A stretch of DNA of 64,000 bases from Auanema rhodensis. Taxonomy: Eukaryota; Animalia; Nematoda. The stretch's first letter is position 1, and every line of letters begins with the position of its first letter. Shown piece after piece: positions 26,601-39,351 of the stretch. A program made the translations under genes and the position numbers. Where the stretch lies: assembly GCA_964057225.1 (NCBI GenBank), contig OZ059900.1, positions 26,598,001 to 26,662,000 of the forward strand, read 5' to 3'. The notes beneath the pieces were generated by a model that worked only from the letters and a program-made list of their open reading frames with translations, searched no databases and had not been told where the DNA came from.

Positions 26601-29600
26601 TCAAACGAAATAGCAAGTTTAGCCCGCCGCAAAACATGATTAATATGGATATATGAATACAAATAGTATTTCATAGTATTAAACTGTTTATTCCGAGTTA
26701 AACAAAATAAAGCACGTTATTTTAGGTTCAAAAATAAAAATTTTAGAATATTCAATTTTTCATAGAAATCAAACGAAATAGCAAGTTTAGCCCGCCGCAA
26801 AACATGACTAATATGGATATATGAATACAAATAGTATTTCATATTACTAAACTGTTTATTCCGAGTTAAACAAAATAAAGCACGTTATTTTAGGTTCAAA
26901 AATAAAAATTTTAGAATATTCAATTTTTCATAGAAATCAAACGAAATAGCAAGTTTAGCCCGCCGCAAAACATGATAAATGTGTTTCTGTGCTAACGAAT
27001 TTTGTTTCATTGTTTTAATTGGCTAATTCTGAGTTGAATGAAATGTAGCACATTATTCTAGGACCAAAAATGAAAATTTTAGAATATTTAATTTTTCATA
27101 AAAATCGAACGAAACAGCAAGTTGAGCCCGCCGCAAAACATGATAAATGTGTTTCTGTGCTAACGAATTTTGTTTCATTGTTTTAATTGGCTAATTCTGA
27201 GTCAAATAAGATGTAGCACGTTATGCTAGGACCAAAAATAAAAATTTTAGAATATTTAATTTTTCATAAAAATCGAAAGAAATAGCAAGTTGAGCCCGCC
27301 GCAAAACATGATTAATATGGATATATGAATACGAAAACTATTTCATGTTACTAAACTGTTTATTCTTAGTTAAATAAGATGTAGCACGTTATGCTAGGAC
27401 CAAAAATAAAAATTTTAGAATATTTAATTTTTCATAAAAATCGAACGAAACAGCAAGTTGAGCCCGCCGCAAAACATGATAAATGTGTTTCTGTGCTAAC
27501 GAATTTTGTTTCATTGTTTTAATTGGCTAATTCTGAGTTAAACAAAATAAAGCACGTTATTTTAGGTTCAAAAATAAAAATTTTAGAATATTCAATTTTT
27601 CATAAAAATCGAACGAAACAGCAAGTTGAGCCCGCCGCAAAACATGACTAATATGGATATATGAATACAAATAGTATTTCATATTACTAAACTGTTTATT
27701 CCGAGTTAAACAAAATAAAGCACGTTATTTTAGGTTCAAAAATAAAAATTTTAGAATATTCAATTTTTCATAAAAATCGAACGAAATAGCAAGTTTAGCC
27801 CGCCGCAAAACATGACTAATATGGATATATGAATACAAATAGTATTTCATATTACTAAACTGTTTATTCCGAGTTAAACAAAATAAAGCACGTTATTTTA
27901 GGTTCAAAAATAAAAATTTTAGAATATTCAATTTTTCATAGAAATCAAACGAAATAGGAAGTTTAGCCCGCCGCAAAACATGATAAATGTGTTTCTGTGC
28001 TAACGAATTTTGTTTCATTGTTTTAATTGGCTAATTCTGAGTTGAATGAAATGTAGCACATTATTCTAGGACCAAAAATGAAAATTTTAGAATATTTAAT
28101 TTTTCATAAAAATCGAACGAAATAGCAAGTTTAGCCCGCCGCAAAACATGATTAATATGGATAAATGAATACGAAAACTATTTTATATTTTTAAACTGTT
28201 TATTCTGAGTCAATTAAGATGTAGCACGTTATGCTAGGACCAAAAATAAAAATTTTAGAATATTTAATTTTTCATAAAAATCGAACGAAATAGCAAGTTT
28301 AGCCCGCCGCAAAACATGATTAATATGGATAAATGAATACGAAAACTATTTTATATTTTTAAACTGTTTATTCTGAGTCAATTAAGATGTAGCACGTTAT
28401 GCTAGGACCAAAAATAAAAATTTTAGAATATTTAATTTTTCATAAAAATCGAAAGAAATAGCAAGTTGAGCCCGCCGCAAAACATGATTAATATGGATAT
28501 ATGAATACGAAAACTATTTCATGTTACTAAACTGTTTATTCTTAGTTAAATAAGATGTAGCACGTTATGCTAGGACCAAAAATAAAAATTTTAGAATATT
28601 TAATTTTTCATAAAAATCGAACGAAACAGCAAGTTGAGCCCGCCGCAAAACATGATAAATGTGTTTCTGTGCTAACGAATTTTGTTTCATTGTTTTAATT
28701 GGCTAATTCCGAGTTAAACAAAATAAAGCACGTTATTTTAGGTTCAAAAATAAAAATTTTAGAATATTCAATTTTTCATAGAAATCAAACGAAATAGCAA
28801 GTTTAGCCCGCCGCAAAACATGATAAATGTGTTTCTGTGCTAACGAATTTTGTTTCATTGTTTTAATTGGCTAATTCTGAGTTGAATGAAATGTAGCACA
28901 TTATTCTAGGACCAAAAATGAAAATTTTAGAATATTTAATTTTTCATAAAAATCGAACGAAACAGCAAGTTGAGCCCGCCGCAAAACATGATAAATGTGT
29001 TTCTGTGCTAACGAATTTTGTTTCATTGTTTTAATTGACTAATTCTGAGTTGAATGAAATGTAGCACATTATTCTAGGACCAAAAATAAAAATTTTAGAA
29101 TATTTAATTTTTCATAAAAATCGAACGAAATAGCAAGTTGAGCCCGCCGCAAAACATGATAAATGTGTTTCTGTGGTAACGAATTTTGTTTCATTGTTTT
29201 AATTGGCTAATTCTGAGTCAAATAAGATGTAGCACGTTATGCTAGGACCAAAAATAAAAATTTTAGAATATTTAATTTTTCATAGAAATCAAACGAAATA
29301 GCAAGTTTAGCCCGCCGCAAAACATGATTAATATGGATATATGAATACAAATAGTATTTCATAGTATTAAACTGTTTATTCCGAGTTAAACAAAATAAAG
29401 CACGTTATTTTAGGTTCAAAAATAAAAATTTTAGAATATTCAATTTTTCATAGAAATCAAACGAAATAGCAAGTTTAGCCCGCCGCAAAACATGACTAAT
29501 ATGGATATATGAATACAAATAGTATTTCATATTACTAAACTGTTTATTCCGAGTTAAACAAAATAAAGCACGTTATTTTAGGTTCAAAAATAAAAATTTT

Positions 29601-32372
29601 AGAATATTCAATTTTTCATAGAAATCAAACGAAATAGCAAGTTTAGCCCGCCGCAAAACATGATAAATGTGTTTCTGTGCTAACGAATTTTGTTTCATTG
29701 TTTTAATTGGCTAATTCTGAGTTGAATGAAATGTAGCACATTATTCTAGGACCAAAAATGAAAATTTTAGAATATTTAATTTTTCATAAAAATCGAACGA
29801 AACAGCAAGTTGAGCCCGCCGCAAAACATGATAAATGTGTTTCTGTGCTAACGAATTTTGTTTCATTGTTTTAATTGGCTAATTCTGAGTCAAATAAGAT
29901 GTAGCACGTTATGCTAGGACCAAAAATAAAAATTTTAGAATATTTAATTTTTCATAAAAATCGAACGAAACAGCAAGTTGAGCCCGCCGCAAAACATGAT
30001 AAATGTGTTTCTGTGCTAACGAATTTTGTTTCATTGTTTTAATTGGCTAATTCTGAGTTGAATGAAATGTAGCACATTATTCTAGGACCAAAAATGAAAA
30101 TTTTAGAATATTTATTTTTTCATAAAAATCGAACGAAATAGCAAGTTTAGCCCGCCGCAAAACATGACTAATATGGATATATGAATACAAATAGTATTTC
30201 ATATTACTAAACTGTTTATTCCGAGTTAAACAAAATAAAGCACGTTATTTTAGGTTCAAAAATAAAAATTTTAGAATATTCAATTTTTCATAGAAATCAA
30301 ACGAAATAGCAAGTTTAGCCCGCCGCAAAACATGATAAATGTGTTTCTGTGCTAACGAATTTTGTTTCATTGTTTTAATTGGCTAATTCTGAGTTAAACA
30401 AAATAAAGCACGTTATTTTAGGTTCAAAAATAAAAATTTTAGAATATTCAATTTTTCATAGAAATCAAACGAAATAGCAAGTTTAGCCCGCCGCAAAACA
30501 TGATAAATGTGTTTCTGTGCTAACGAATTTTGTTTCATTGTTTTAATTGGCTAATTCTGAGTTGAATGAAATGTAGCACATTATTCTAGGACCAAAAATG
30601 AAAATTTTAGAATATTTAATTTTTCATAAAAATCGAACGAAACAGCAAGTTGAGCCCGCCGCAAAACATGATAAATGTGTTTCTGTGCTCACGAATTTTG
30701 TTTCATTGTTTTAATTGGCTAATTCTGAGTTGAATGAAGTGTAGCACATTATTCTAGGACCAAAAATGAAAATTTTAGAATATTTAATTTTTCATAAAAA
30801 TCGAACGAAACAGCAAGTTGAGCCCGCCGCAAAACATGATAAAAGTGTTTCTGTGCTAACGAATTTTGTTTCATTGTTTTAATTGGCTAATTCTGAGTTG
30901 AATGAAATGTAGCACATTATTCTAGGACCAAAAATGAAAATTTTAGAATATTTAATTTTTCATAAAAATCGAACGAAATAGCAAGTTGAGCCCGCCGCAA
31001 AACATGATAAATGTGTTTCTGTGCTAACGAATTTTGTTTCATTGTTTTAATTGACTAATTCTGAGTTGAATGAAATGTAGCACATTATTCTAGGACCAAA
31101 AATAAAAATTTTAGAATATTTAATTTTTCATAAAAATCGAACGAAATAGCAAGTTGAGCCCGCCGCAAAACATGATAAATGTGTTTCTGTGGTAACGAAT
31201 TTTGTTTCATTGTTTTAATTGGCTAATTCTGAGTCAAATAAGATGTAGCACGTTATGCTAGGACCAAAAATAAAAATTTTAGAATATTTAATTTTTCATA
31301 GAAATCAAACGAAATAGCAAGTTTAGCCCGCCGTAAAACATGATTAATATGGATATATGAATACAAATAGTATTTCATAGTATTAAACTGTTTATTCCGA
31401 GTTAAAGAAGATAAAGCACGTTATTTTAGGTTCAAAAATAAAAATTTTAGAATATTCTATTTTTCATAGAAATCAAACGAAATAGAAGTTTAGCCCGCCG
31501 CAAAACATGATTAATATGGATATATGAATACGAAAACTATTTTATATTTTTAAACTGTTTATTCTGAGTCAATTAAGATGTAGCACGTTATGCTAGGACC
31601 AAAAATAAAAATTTTAGAATATTTAATTTTTCATAGAAATCAAACGAAATAGCAAGTTTAGCCCGCCACAAAACATGATTAATATGGATATATGCTTACG
31701 AAAACTTTTTTATATTACTAAATGTTTTATTCTGAGTTGAATGAGATGTAGCACGTATGTTGCAATTTATACCTTCTCGGACTTTCAAAACTATTACGCT
31801 TCGTACGATCCATTATCAATACTGAAATAAATAGAATATCAAAATTTTCTAATGTTATATTTTATAAATGAATGAATCACATACTTGAAGCAGTATTTGA
31901 ACACAATAAACTAATTCATATTTGTAACAACATTCAAAAAGTTTATTGATACGCAACAGCCTGCGAATCTAACTTTAACACAACCGTTCAAAATTGTTAA
32001 AATCTTTTTGTGCTCTATTTGTTTTTCAATACTATTTTATTTTGACGTGATTTGTAGTAGTCATTGTTCACAAAAAACATCACGACTGTCTATTGTTGTT
32101 TTTTCTGAGAACAAATATTAATCTTAATAAATCAAAAGTTTAATATAATTTGAAATTTTGTCATTTACGTTAGATTCGCATATAAGCATTGCTGAATTTG
32201 CGTATTTTTGACTAATCATTTGTTTAGTCACGTTTTGGAAAAATAATGTATTTTGTTCAATATAATTCATAAGAATAATGAATTTCTATCATTATTTTAT
32301 ATCTATTAATTTTATCATAATTTCAACGTGACAATTGTTTCCTTCTCTTTTTCAATAAATTATAGTTGAACA

Positions 32373-33340
32373 ATGAACAAGCCCATAATTTACAAAAATT
32401 TGTTGACAGAAGAGAATCAAATCTCTATTTCTTCCATAGTTACAGGAAGGCAATTTGATTCTAAATATGGTGAGAGTTCATCCAGGATTAGATTTCAAAA
32501 ATTAAAAATTGTTATTATGTTTTCAGGAATCTCTCTCATCAATGAACTATTGCAACAAGAGGAAGAGGAGATTTCCGATATAGACGATACGATCGATTCA
32601 GGTGAAAAGATTTGAGGGAATTTGATTCATCGCTATATACATTTCAAGAATTTGAAATGGAAAAAGTATTCGATGAATTAACCGGCAAAAAGCAAAAAAA
32701 AAAAGATGAATTAACGGCGAGAAGAACAAGAGCTAGAAGAAATCAAGTTACTTTAAATTGAAGACGTGAAATAAACGTGAGTATATAATTCATTGATTTT
32801 GGCAAAATATACTTTTCAGCTGAAATCGAAGTTAAAAAGATCACAATTAGATGTTTTTTTTCCTTTTCTAACAGAACTGTTTAAAATGGCCAAAGAAAGA
32901 AATTATCTAACTGGTTTGATTGAGAACAACAGCAAAACAAATACATTAAAGAATAGTTTTGGTCGAGTAGTTCGGATGGCAATTGTAGGCTTCGTCATGT
33001 AACCTTCATTTTCTTTATTTTTCAGTTTCAAACTGTGGATGGAACCTTAAAAGCTCAAAGTAGTGAAGATTACTTAAGTTGAAAAAGTATTATTCATAGC
33101 TGCAACAGACACAAGACATGTTCAGAAACGTTCACTTTCATCACGTAATCACTTTTTAAAATCACATTTCATCATGTTAACTTCCAATATTCTAGAACTT
33201 CGGATACCTACAAACTTGAATTACCGATTAATGAAAAAAACCTTTATCGTACTTCACTCTTATTGTTTTATTCTGATTGTTCTTTCTGCATGAATCTCCT
33301 AAAACACACAGAACGTGGCCAAATCATTATTCAAGCTAGT
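32373..33340 (+). pseudogene. Decayed multi-exon gene fragments of unknown product
   Basis: Short ORFs bounded by gt/tttcag splice sites, with stops. About 100 bp at 32640-32745 is duplicated at 33430-33528. Confidence 0.35.
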
Positions 33341-33699
33341 AAACTATTTGTTTACGAATTTTTATTAAGTAATACAATTAATTCAATTGAATAAATATGC
33401 CAATAAAAATATGCATTCCAAAAATATACATTCCAAAAACTTGAAATGGAAAAAGTATTTGATGAATTAACCGGCAAAAAGCCAAAAAAAAAAGATTTGA
33501 CGGCGAGAAGAACAAGAGCTAGAAGAGAACATCTGGAAAACTGTTTATGGAATTCAAAGGCCATATGTTCTTCTAAATCTGAGTCAATAAAAAACCTCTT
33601 TTGAAAGTCTGTTGAATGACACATTTTAATTCATATATCAATTTACGATTCATTTTCTATGTGTCATTTTTGAGATAAACTATATTAAATTATATTTTT

Positions 33700-34210
33700 G
33701 CAGATTCATTTGAAATTAATGAACAGGAACTTTTGACGAATGATATTAGTTCAAAAGATATTTAAAAAAAGGCGAAGTTCAGGAGACGTTATATGCGAAT
33801 GTAATTGTGATATCCAACGTTTAACAAATAAAGCTCTCCTAAAAATAGCTAGTAAGTGATTGTGTAAGATGTATTTCATTCTATTTGATCAAATATAGGA
33901 AACTTACAACCTATAATTGTTCGGGGCGTCTAGGAGTTGTTCAAGACATATCTGACTCACATGATACCATGACATACTCGTTATTTACCGTAATATCATA
34001 ATTTTTCTCAGATTCTCCCCTCAGATTTCTTAATTTTTCAAGTTTAGACAAATGACGTGAAAGATACGCTTTTAGCAAAAAATACAAGTTCTTATTAACC
34101 AAAATGCGATTGGTTGGCAAACAGAAAGACTGGCCTAAACACACTTATAGACTGATCTGTGATGATAATTCAAAACCGCATTTGTTTCTGATATCTGATA
34201 CTGTATATTA
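33700..34210 (-). pseudogene. Possible highly decayed tyrosine recombinase C-terminal relic
   Basis: Minus-strand pieces ILVNKNLYFLLKAYLSRH, FRRALF and LLN*YHSSKVPVH* parallel VVVNPELLPYYRFY, VRRAYV and TQGHSLQTRMKHY of the 37-kb recombinase in the same order. Stops and frameshifts are present. Confidence 0.35.
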
Positions 34211-34537
34211 ACACAAGAAGTTTCTTGTGTTAATGTCTTGTTCATACTTTCTTTATTAATTTGTATGTTATATCTAATCTTTTTTTACAAATTATTTTTC
34301 GTCCAATATTGTTCATGCTTTTCTCCATTCAACTTAAATTATCAAATTCATACTCATTTTTTTATTCATACTTTTCTTATAAAAATGTACTATGAATCAT
34401 AAGTAATTTTCTACGTTTTTATCTAAACAACATCAGTTTTTATACGGGTTTTTCCCCTAAATGACTTGGTCGAAGTGTTCACATTTTTGACATTTACTTA
34501 CCATTATAAAAATTTCCAAAGTTTTCCGACTTTTTCT

Positions 34538-34583
34538 TGCATGTAGATATAGAAATAACTAGCCTAAGCCTGAGCCTAAGCCT
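34538..34583 (+). repeat. Left arm of long-range inverted repeat: 24-bp cap + (GCCTAA)n
   Basis: tgcatgtagatatagaaataacta-gcctaa-gcctga-gcctaa-gcct is the reverse complement of 63071-63116 with 1 mismatch in 46. Confidence 0.9.
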
Positions 34584-34809
34584 TCAGCAGTGGATTCTGT
34601 AGAGTTCTTTCTTATGGTCAAACTAATAAAACAACATTTATTAAAAGTAAATAAAAAGACTGAGTCCGTAAGGAATATCTTCAACAAGAAGCATCATCAA
34701 ACATCAAACACTACATCAAAATTAAAACACACATGCATAACATTTCACAAACGGTTTTTTTAAAAATACAGTGTTAAAAAGGAGTTAAATGTTAATAATA
34801 TTATAAAAA

Positions 34810-35230
34810 CAATTTTCATTGAGTTGAGGCTTAGATATTGATCTTTGAGCTTATGCTTACGCTCGTCCTCCATTTCTGGTAAAGAATCCATCGCCTTGTT
34901 CAAGTTGTCGTGACTTCAAAGGCTAAACAGATAAGGAAACTCCGGATACAGTTCACGTCTCAAAGATCAGTCGTTATACGCACATGTAATACCTTTCACA
35001 CCTCCACTGAATATAAAATTCAAAAGTTTCTTTAAGTTCGGGGTTCATCACCACATAAAGGTAATAATCATTTTTGGAATCAAATTTGATCAAGGGGGGA
35101 CCAAGAGATTCTCTATCGAGGGCATCGGTTACATCTTTCAACTTAATTTTATAAAAAATTTCACTTCTCAACCCCAAGTTGAATAACAGGAACATGCAAA
35201 ACAAAATATCACATATACGTTTCTATGTAA
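34810..35230 (-). pseudogene. Tyrosine recombinase paralog fragment (Box I, catalytic Lys region), in-frame stop
   Basis: CMFLLFNLGLRSEIFYKI...GPPLIKFDSKN...YVVMNPEL, then after a short intron RELYPEFPYLFSL*SHDNLNKAMD. Clearly homologous to 37318-37721, with the same intron position. Confidence 0.8.
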
Positions 35231-35376
35231 TCGTCCGTTGGGGTGACCGCCAGGTAAAGGGGTTTCCGACAGTTCCCAGAAGGGTACACCAAATCAAGAC
35301 CATAAAGCCTAGCTAAAACCGAATGACTATTAATGAAATGGATATTCATGCTCTTGACAGAATTAACATGCAAAAC

Positions 35377-35691
35377 CTATTCATTACAGAAATTTATTAA
35401 ATGAGATACAGCAATTACGTACCCCTCTTTTTCTGTCTCGGGTTCTCCGTATCCCACATCCTGGGAGCTCATCGATACCGTTGGATCCTGTCCGTATCCC
35501 ACATCCTGAAAATAAGAAGGATAACATTTAGAAGCACATGTCATTGTTACCTGTAATAAAAATAATGTTATTTCTATTTCTAAATCATCATCGTCCATTT
35601 CCTTTCTCCCCTCATGGATATTCTCATCATCATCGTCCGTTTCTTCATTCCCCTCATTGATATTTTGTATATATACAATTATACATGCCAT
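35377..35691 (-). CDS. Acidic low-complexity ORF with internal repeats (QDVGYG x2); possibly 5' exons of the minus-strand YR paralog
   Basis: ATG preceded by tttcag, internal splice-like sites, duplicated ccgtatcccacatcctg. Confidence 0.3.
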   Translation of the reverse strand: MACIIVYIQNINEGNEETDDDDENIHEGRKEMDDDDLEIEITLFLLQVTMTCASKCYPSYFQDVGYGQDPTVSMSSQDVGYGEPETEKEGYVIAVSHLINFCNE

Positions 35692-36330
35692 TCTGAAAAA
35701 ATATTAACGTAACAATCAGAAATTCCACTACCGTTCATTGGACCAAATGATTGAGAAAATCAGCACTCTCGAGAATGGGGTTCTGATACTGTGAGAATAG
35801 AACACTCTTCCGTTCTAACAAGGGTGCTGTATATGAGATATGTGAATAAAGGTTTACTTTATCACCACGCGCATGACATGAATCAATTTACTCATACCTT
35901 CCGAAAGGGGGGTCCGGGGGTCACCCCCGGATCTCAAAGCTTATTCATATCGAGAAAACCTACGATATATAGTATCTATAACATGTTTTCAGTACTTTCG
36001 GTATGTACGAGAGAATAATAAGGTATATATTGTTATGTATAAAATATAATATTGTATATCTCAACCTTTCTGGTAGTAATTGAAATATTCTGATTTGAGT
36101 ATCTCTCTTTCATTATAGCATACGATTCCTGAAATGAATGAATTGTGATAATCATACCACAGGTCATACGAGTTTTGATGTACAACATTCTGATAATCAT
36201 ACCACTCTTGAGATGATTTTTTTTATCCTGTAAACTGTATAACGCATTTATGTACTATTTTATGCATTAAAATAGGTACTGTAAAATCTATGAATTTATG
36301 GATTATATTTTAACAAGAATAAAATTCAAG

Positions 36331-38652
36331 GCACTGGTACATATCTGCAGGAGAGATTTGTAGAGAGAGATCAAGCTAGAATTGTTGCTGAAACTGAAGC
36401 TTCCACTGCTCCAACCATGGTTGTTGAAGCTACGGTTGAAGGTCGTGTTCTGACACATTTAGTTAAGTTCCCCTCATTTTTTTAATGTTAAATCAATATA
36501 AAATTTAGAGTGGTGTCACATACAAACGACGTATGGCTCAATGTAAAATTCTTCCGGAGTTGTCGTATATATATATTGTATATCTTTCTGATCACCAATC
36601 ACATGAATATCTCCGATTGCTCCATGAATTAGACGATGGATTCCCCGAAAATCACATGAAGAAACAAATGTACACCGTTGAAGACTACAGAGTTAGTTTA
36701 TTCTTCCTATTTCACTATATAATCCTCCTTTCATAGAGACAAGGACATGCTCGTGTTAAAACATCGAGTTTTATCAGTTTTTCCTCACTCCTGTACTATT
36801 GCATGAGATACAAGAAAATAAAAGATGTTACTTTCGAAGATTTGTTAGAGGTAGTTTATTCAGATAGAGATTTCTATTCCAATACGGCAATACAACTCTA
36901 CCATTGCAGTCGACTTTGAGGTTTATACACGTCGTTGAAAATCTCACAAATTTTACCGAAAGGCATTCAGTACTCCATTTCACTAAAGATTTATCTAGGG
37001 CTTTAAACATTCTGGATTCCACCTTCCTCTCCAACGCTGCATTTATGAGTTTGACTAAAGTCATTAAAAGAATAAGGAAAATTGTTGAACCGGTAATTCA
37101 CCAAGCACTAGTTATCAAAATTCTTCAACTTTGAAGGCCTGAATAAAGAAAAAACTTTATCGAAAATGGCTACCACGCTCCCTACGTTTTATATGCTTTA
37201 TAGGAAATTCCGATGTTTTGCCCATCCTCGTCTCCAGAATTTTATTTCGACCTATGAAGAAACAAGCTCTGAAAACGTAATGCTATTTTTTTCTTAATCT
37301 TGAAGTTTTATTTTCAGGAAAAAAAAATTATGCTCCGAGAAGCGTCCGTCATGCTTTGTATGTTTCTCCTGTACAATTTAGGGCAGCGCAGTGAGATTTT
37401 TTATAAAATCCGCATGGATACCGCTGAAGAAGCTTTGTTTTTGGAATCTAATGATTCCTCTGGTCCTCCTCTCCTGACTTTCAATTCTAAAAATGGTGAC
37501 CCACTTTATGTTGTTGTTAACCCTGAGCTGCTCCCGTACTATCGATTCTATTGGGAAAAGAGGTTAAAGTTACCATAAAGTTAATCTAAGCTTTTCTTCA
37601 GGCGCCTCATGTATCCATCCAACACATATTTATTTTCCAATTCACCTAGTGACAATCTAAATAAAGCGATAGATGCTTTTCCCGCTCTCGACAACATCTT
37701 TAGGAATACCATGAACGTGAGGTAAACGTTAATCACATTTTTCTGTAATGACTTAAAAAACCTCTAAAAAAATTCAGAAGAGCCTATGTGTTTGCTATCG
37801 ACGCATTCAATCCTCAAGATGAGGCCAACCGAAAGCTCTTATCTCAATGTCACGCACTCACACAAGGTCACTCCCTGCAAGTGAGAAATCTCCTCGTATT
37901 TTTCTATAATTTCCTTTATTTTGCAGACTCGCATGAAGCATTACAGCTACTTCACCAAGAAGAGCGCGTATCTGTCATTCTCTCATTCCCTCGATTTAAT
38001 GGACCGTGATCATGAACAGGAGAACATCAGCAGCTTGATGAAAAGAGTTAATAGGAAGAGAAGCTACACCGTAATGACTGATGAGGAAGGGAGTGGTGGT
38101 GAAGACAAGGTGGAGGAGCCGGAAAAAATGACTCTGACCGAGAACTTGCTCGATACTGTGAGGTGCATCATCTGTTTGGAAGTACGAGATAGCATGGAAA
38201 GATCGATACCTTGTGGGCATAGTACTTGCACCACGTGCAGTTATCAGATAATCCAGACCTTCCGGAAGGAAACTCTTCGATGATAAGATGCGCAACAGTA
38301 ACTATATTTATCTTTGAATAACACTATCGTTACATTTCAGTGTCGCGTCAGGTCCGACGGATTCATGATTGACTTCCATCACAATACCCTAGTTTTTTTG
38401 GAAGCTTTGAAAGAGAAGTTTGATTTCGATGTAATTCCCTCTTCTAAAACCCATAATGAATTGATAAATTTTTTCGCTCACCCAATCATTGAAAGACCTC
38501 CCCCCCCACCCACGAATAACCTCTGGCCTCCTTTTATCCGCACTAACCCCTCCCGCCCCCCGTTACAACGTATAGATTCTTTTGATGAAGAAATAGTTAA
38601 CGACTCCCAAGATATAACACTTCCCCCTGAAGTTTATACCATTGACGACTAG
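36331..38652 (+). CDS. Intron-containing tyrosine recombinase with C-terminal C3HC4 RING finger and Pro-rich tail (probably disrupted)
   Basis: Spliced exons 37318-37562, 37602-37721, 37778-37880 and 37927 onward join in frame to give LYNLGQRSEI (Arg-I), SKN (Lys), YLFS, TMNVRRAY (Arg-II), TQGHS (His) and TRMKHY (Tyr), then CIIC..PCGHSTCTTC and CATC. The 5' start is uncertain. Apparent frameshifts near 37137 and 38275. Confidence 0.8.
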
Positions 38653-39351
38653 ACTAATCCCCATTGACGACTAGACTAATCCAACTAACTTTTCTGAATA
38701 ATGCATTTCTTGTTTTTTTTTATTATAAATGTTTTATTATTGCTTGAAGTTTTAGGTCTTTTCCTTTTATTTTTCTTCCCGGCTATATATTGTTTGATAT
38801 TTTTAGCGAAGCTCTATTGTTATGTATGCATATTGTTTGAAATTCCATTTTTTTTGTTTTTTCGAAACTTTTATCCTGTTATGTATGTTTTAATAAATAA
38901 ATATTTTTAAAGTTGTTATACAGTTTTTTACAGTTGTAGTAGAGTTATGGGTGACATCATCGAGAGTCGAGGGGGGTCTGAGAACTCATTTCTTGTAGAG
39001 TTGTGGGTTTGAGAACTCATTTCTTGTAGAGTTCAGATGGCCCCACATGTGTACAAACTCACTTATTGTAGAGAAATCAAAAAGAGAGCCCAACTTTTTT
39101 TAAACACTACAGAGAGTGAGTTCCACAAAATGTGGGTCCTGACTCAATATTATATTGAGTACCGTGGGTCGTGGGTCAAAAACTTCCTTTTCGTACCCGT
39201 TTTTGTTATAACTCTACAAGGAATGAGTTCCACTGGTTTTGGGAATAAAAATTGTGGGTCATTCATATTGACCCACACCAAAAATATCAATGATAGCCCT
39301 TATCAAAAGAACTCTATTTGTAGAGTTTCAGCTAAGTTGGGTCATGTTTGA

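Larger units (their letters stand above)
1..31756. repeat. 168-bp satellite DNA array (~156 monomers in window, runs off the left edge), interrupted by an LTR retrotransposon
   Basis: Tandem monomer caaaaatgaaaattttagaatatttaatttttcataaaaatcgaacgaaatagcaagttgagcccgccgcaaaacatga... recurs every 168 bp (phase repeats every 840 bp = 5 monomers). It ends in diverged monomers at ...gtagcacgt 31756. Confidence 0.99.

Noticed and set aside
1-31756. Regular repeat with variable segments resembling a CRISPR array
   Set aside because: The variable parts are a few recurring variants, not unique spacers. There are no cas genes and the context is eukaryotic.
34539-34552. Cap sequence gcatgtagatatag resembles the 3' LTR junction gcatgtagtatatag (17354-17368)
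   Set aside because: Only ~14 AT-rich bases with an indel and no further LTR similarity. Probably chance, and not a solo LTR.
36331-38652. DIRS retrotransposon or Maverick-encoded recombinase as source of the YR
   Set aside because: No RT/RNase H is linked to it. The gene lies outside the Maverick TIR and TSD, and the Maverick has its own DDE integrase.
38701-38910. Hydrophobic 69-aa ORF
   Set aside because: T-rich 3' UTR-like sequence that yields Phe/Leu by composition.
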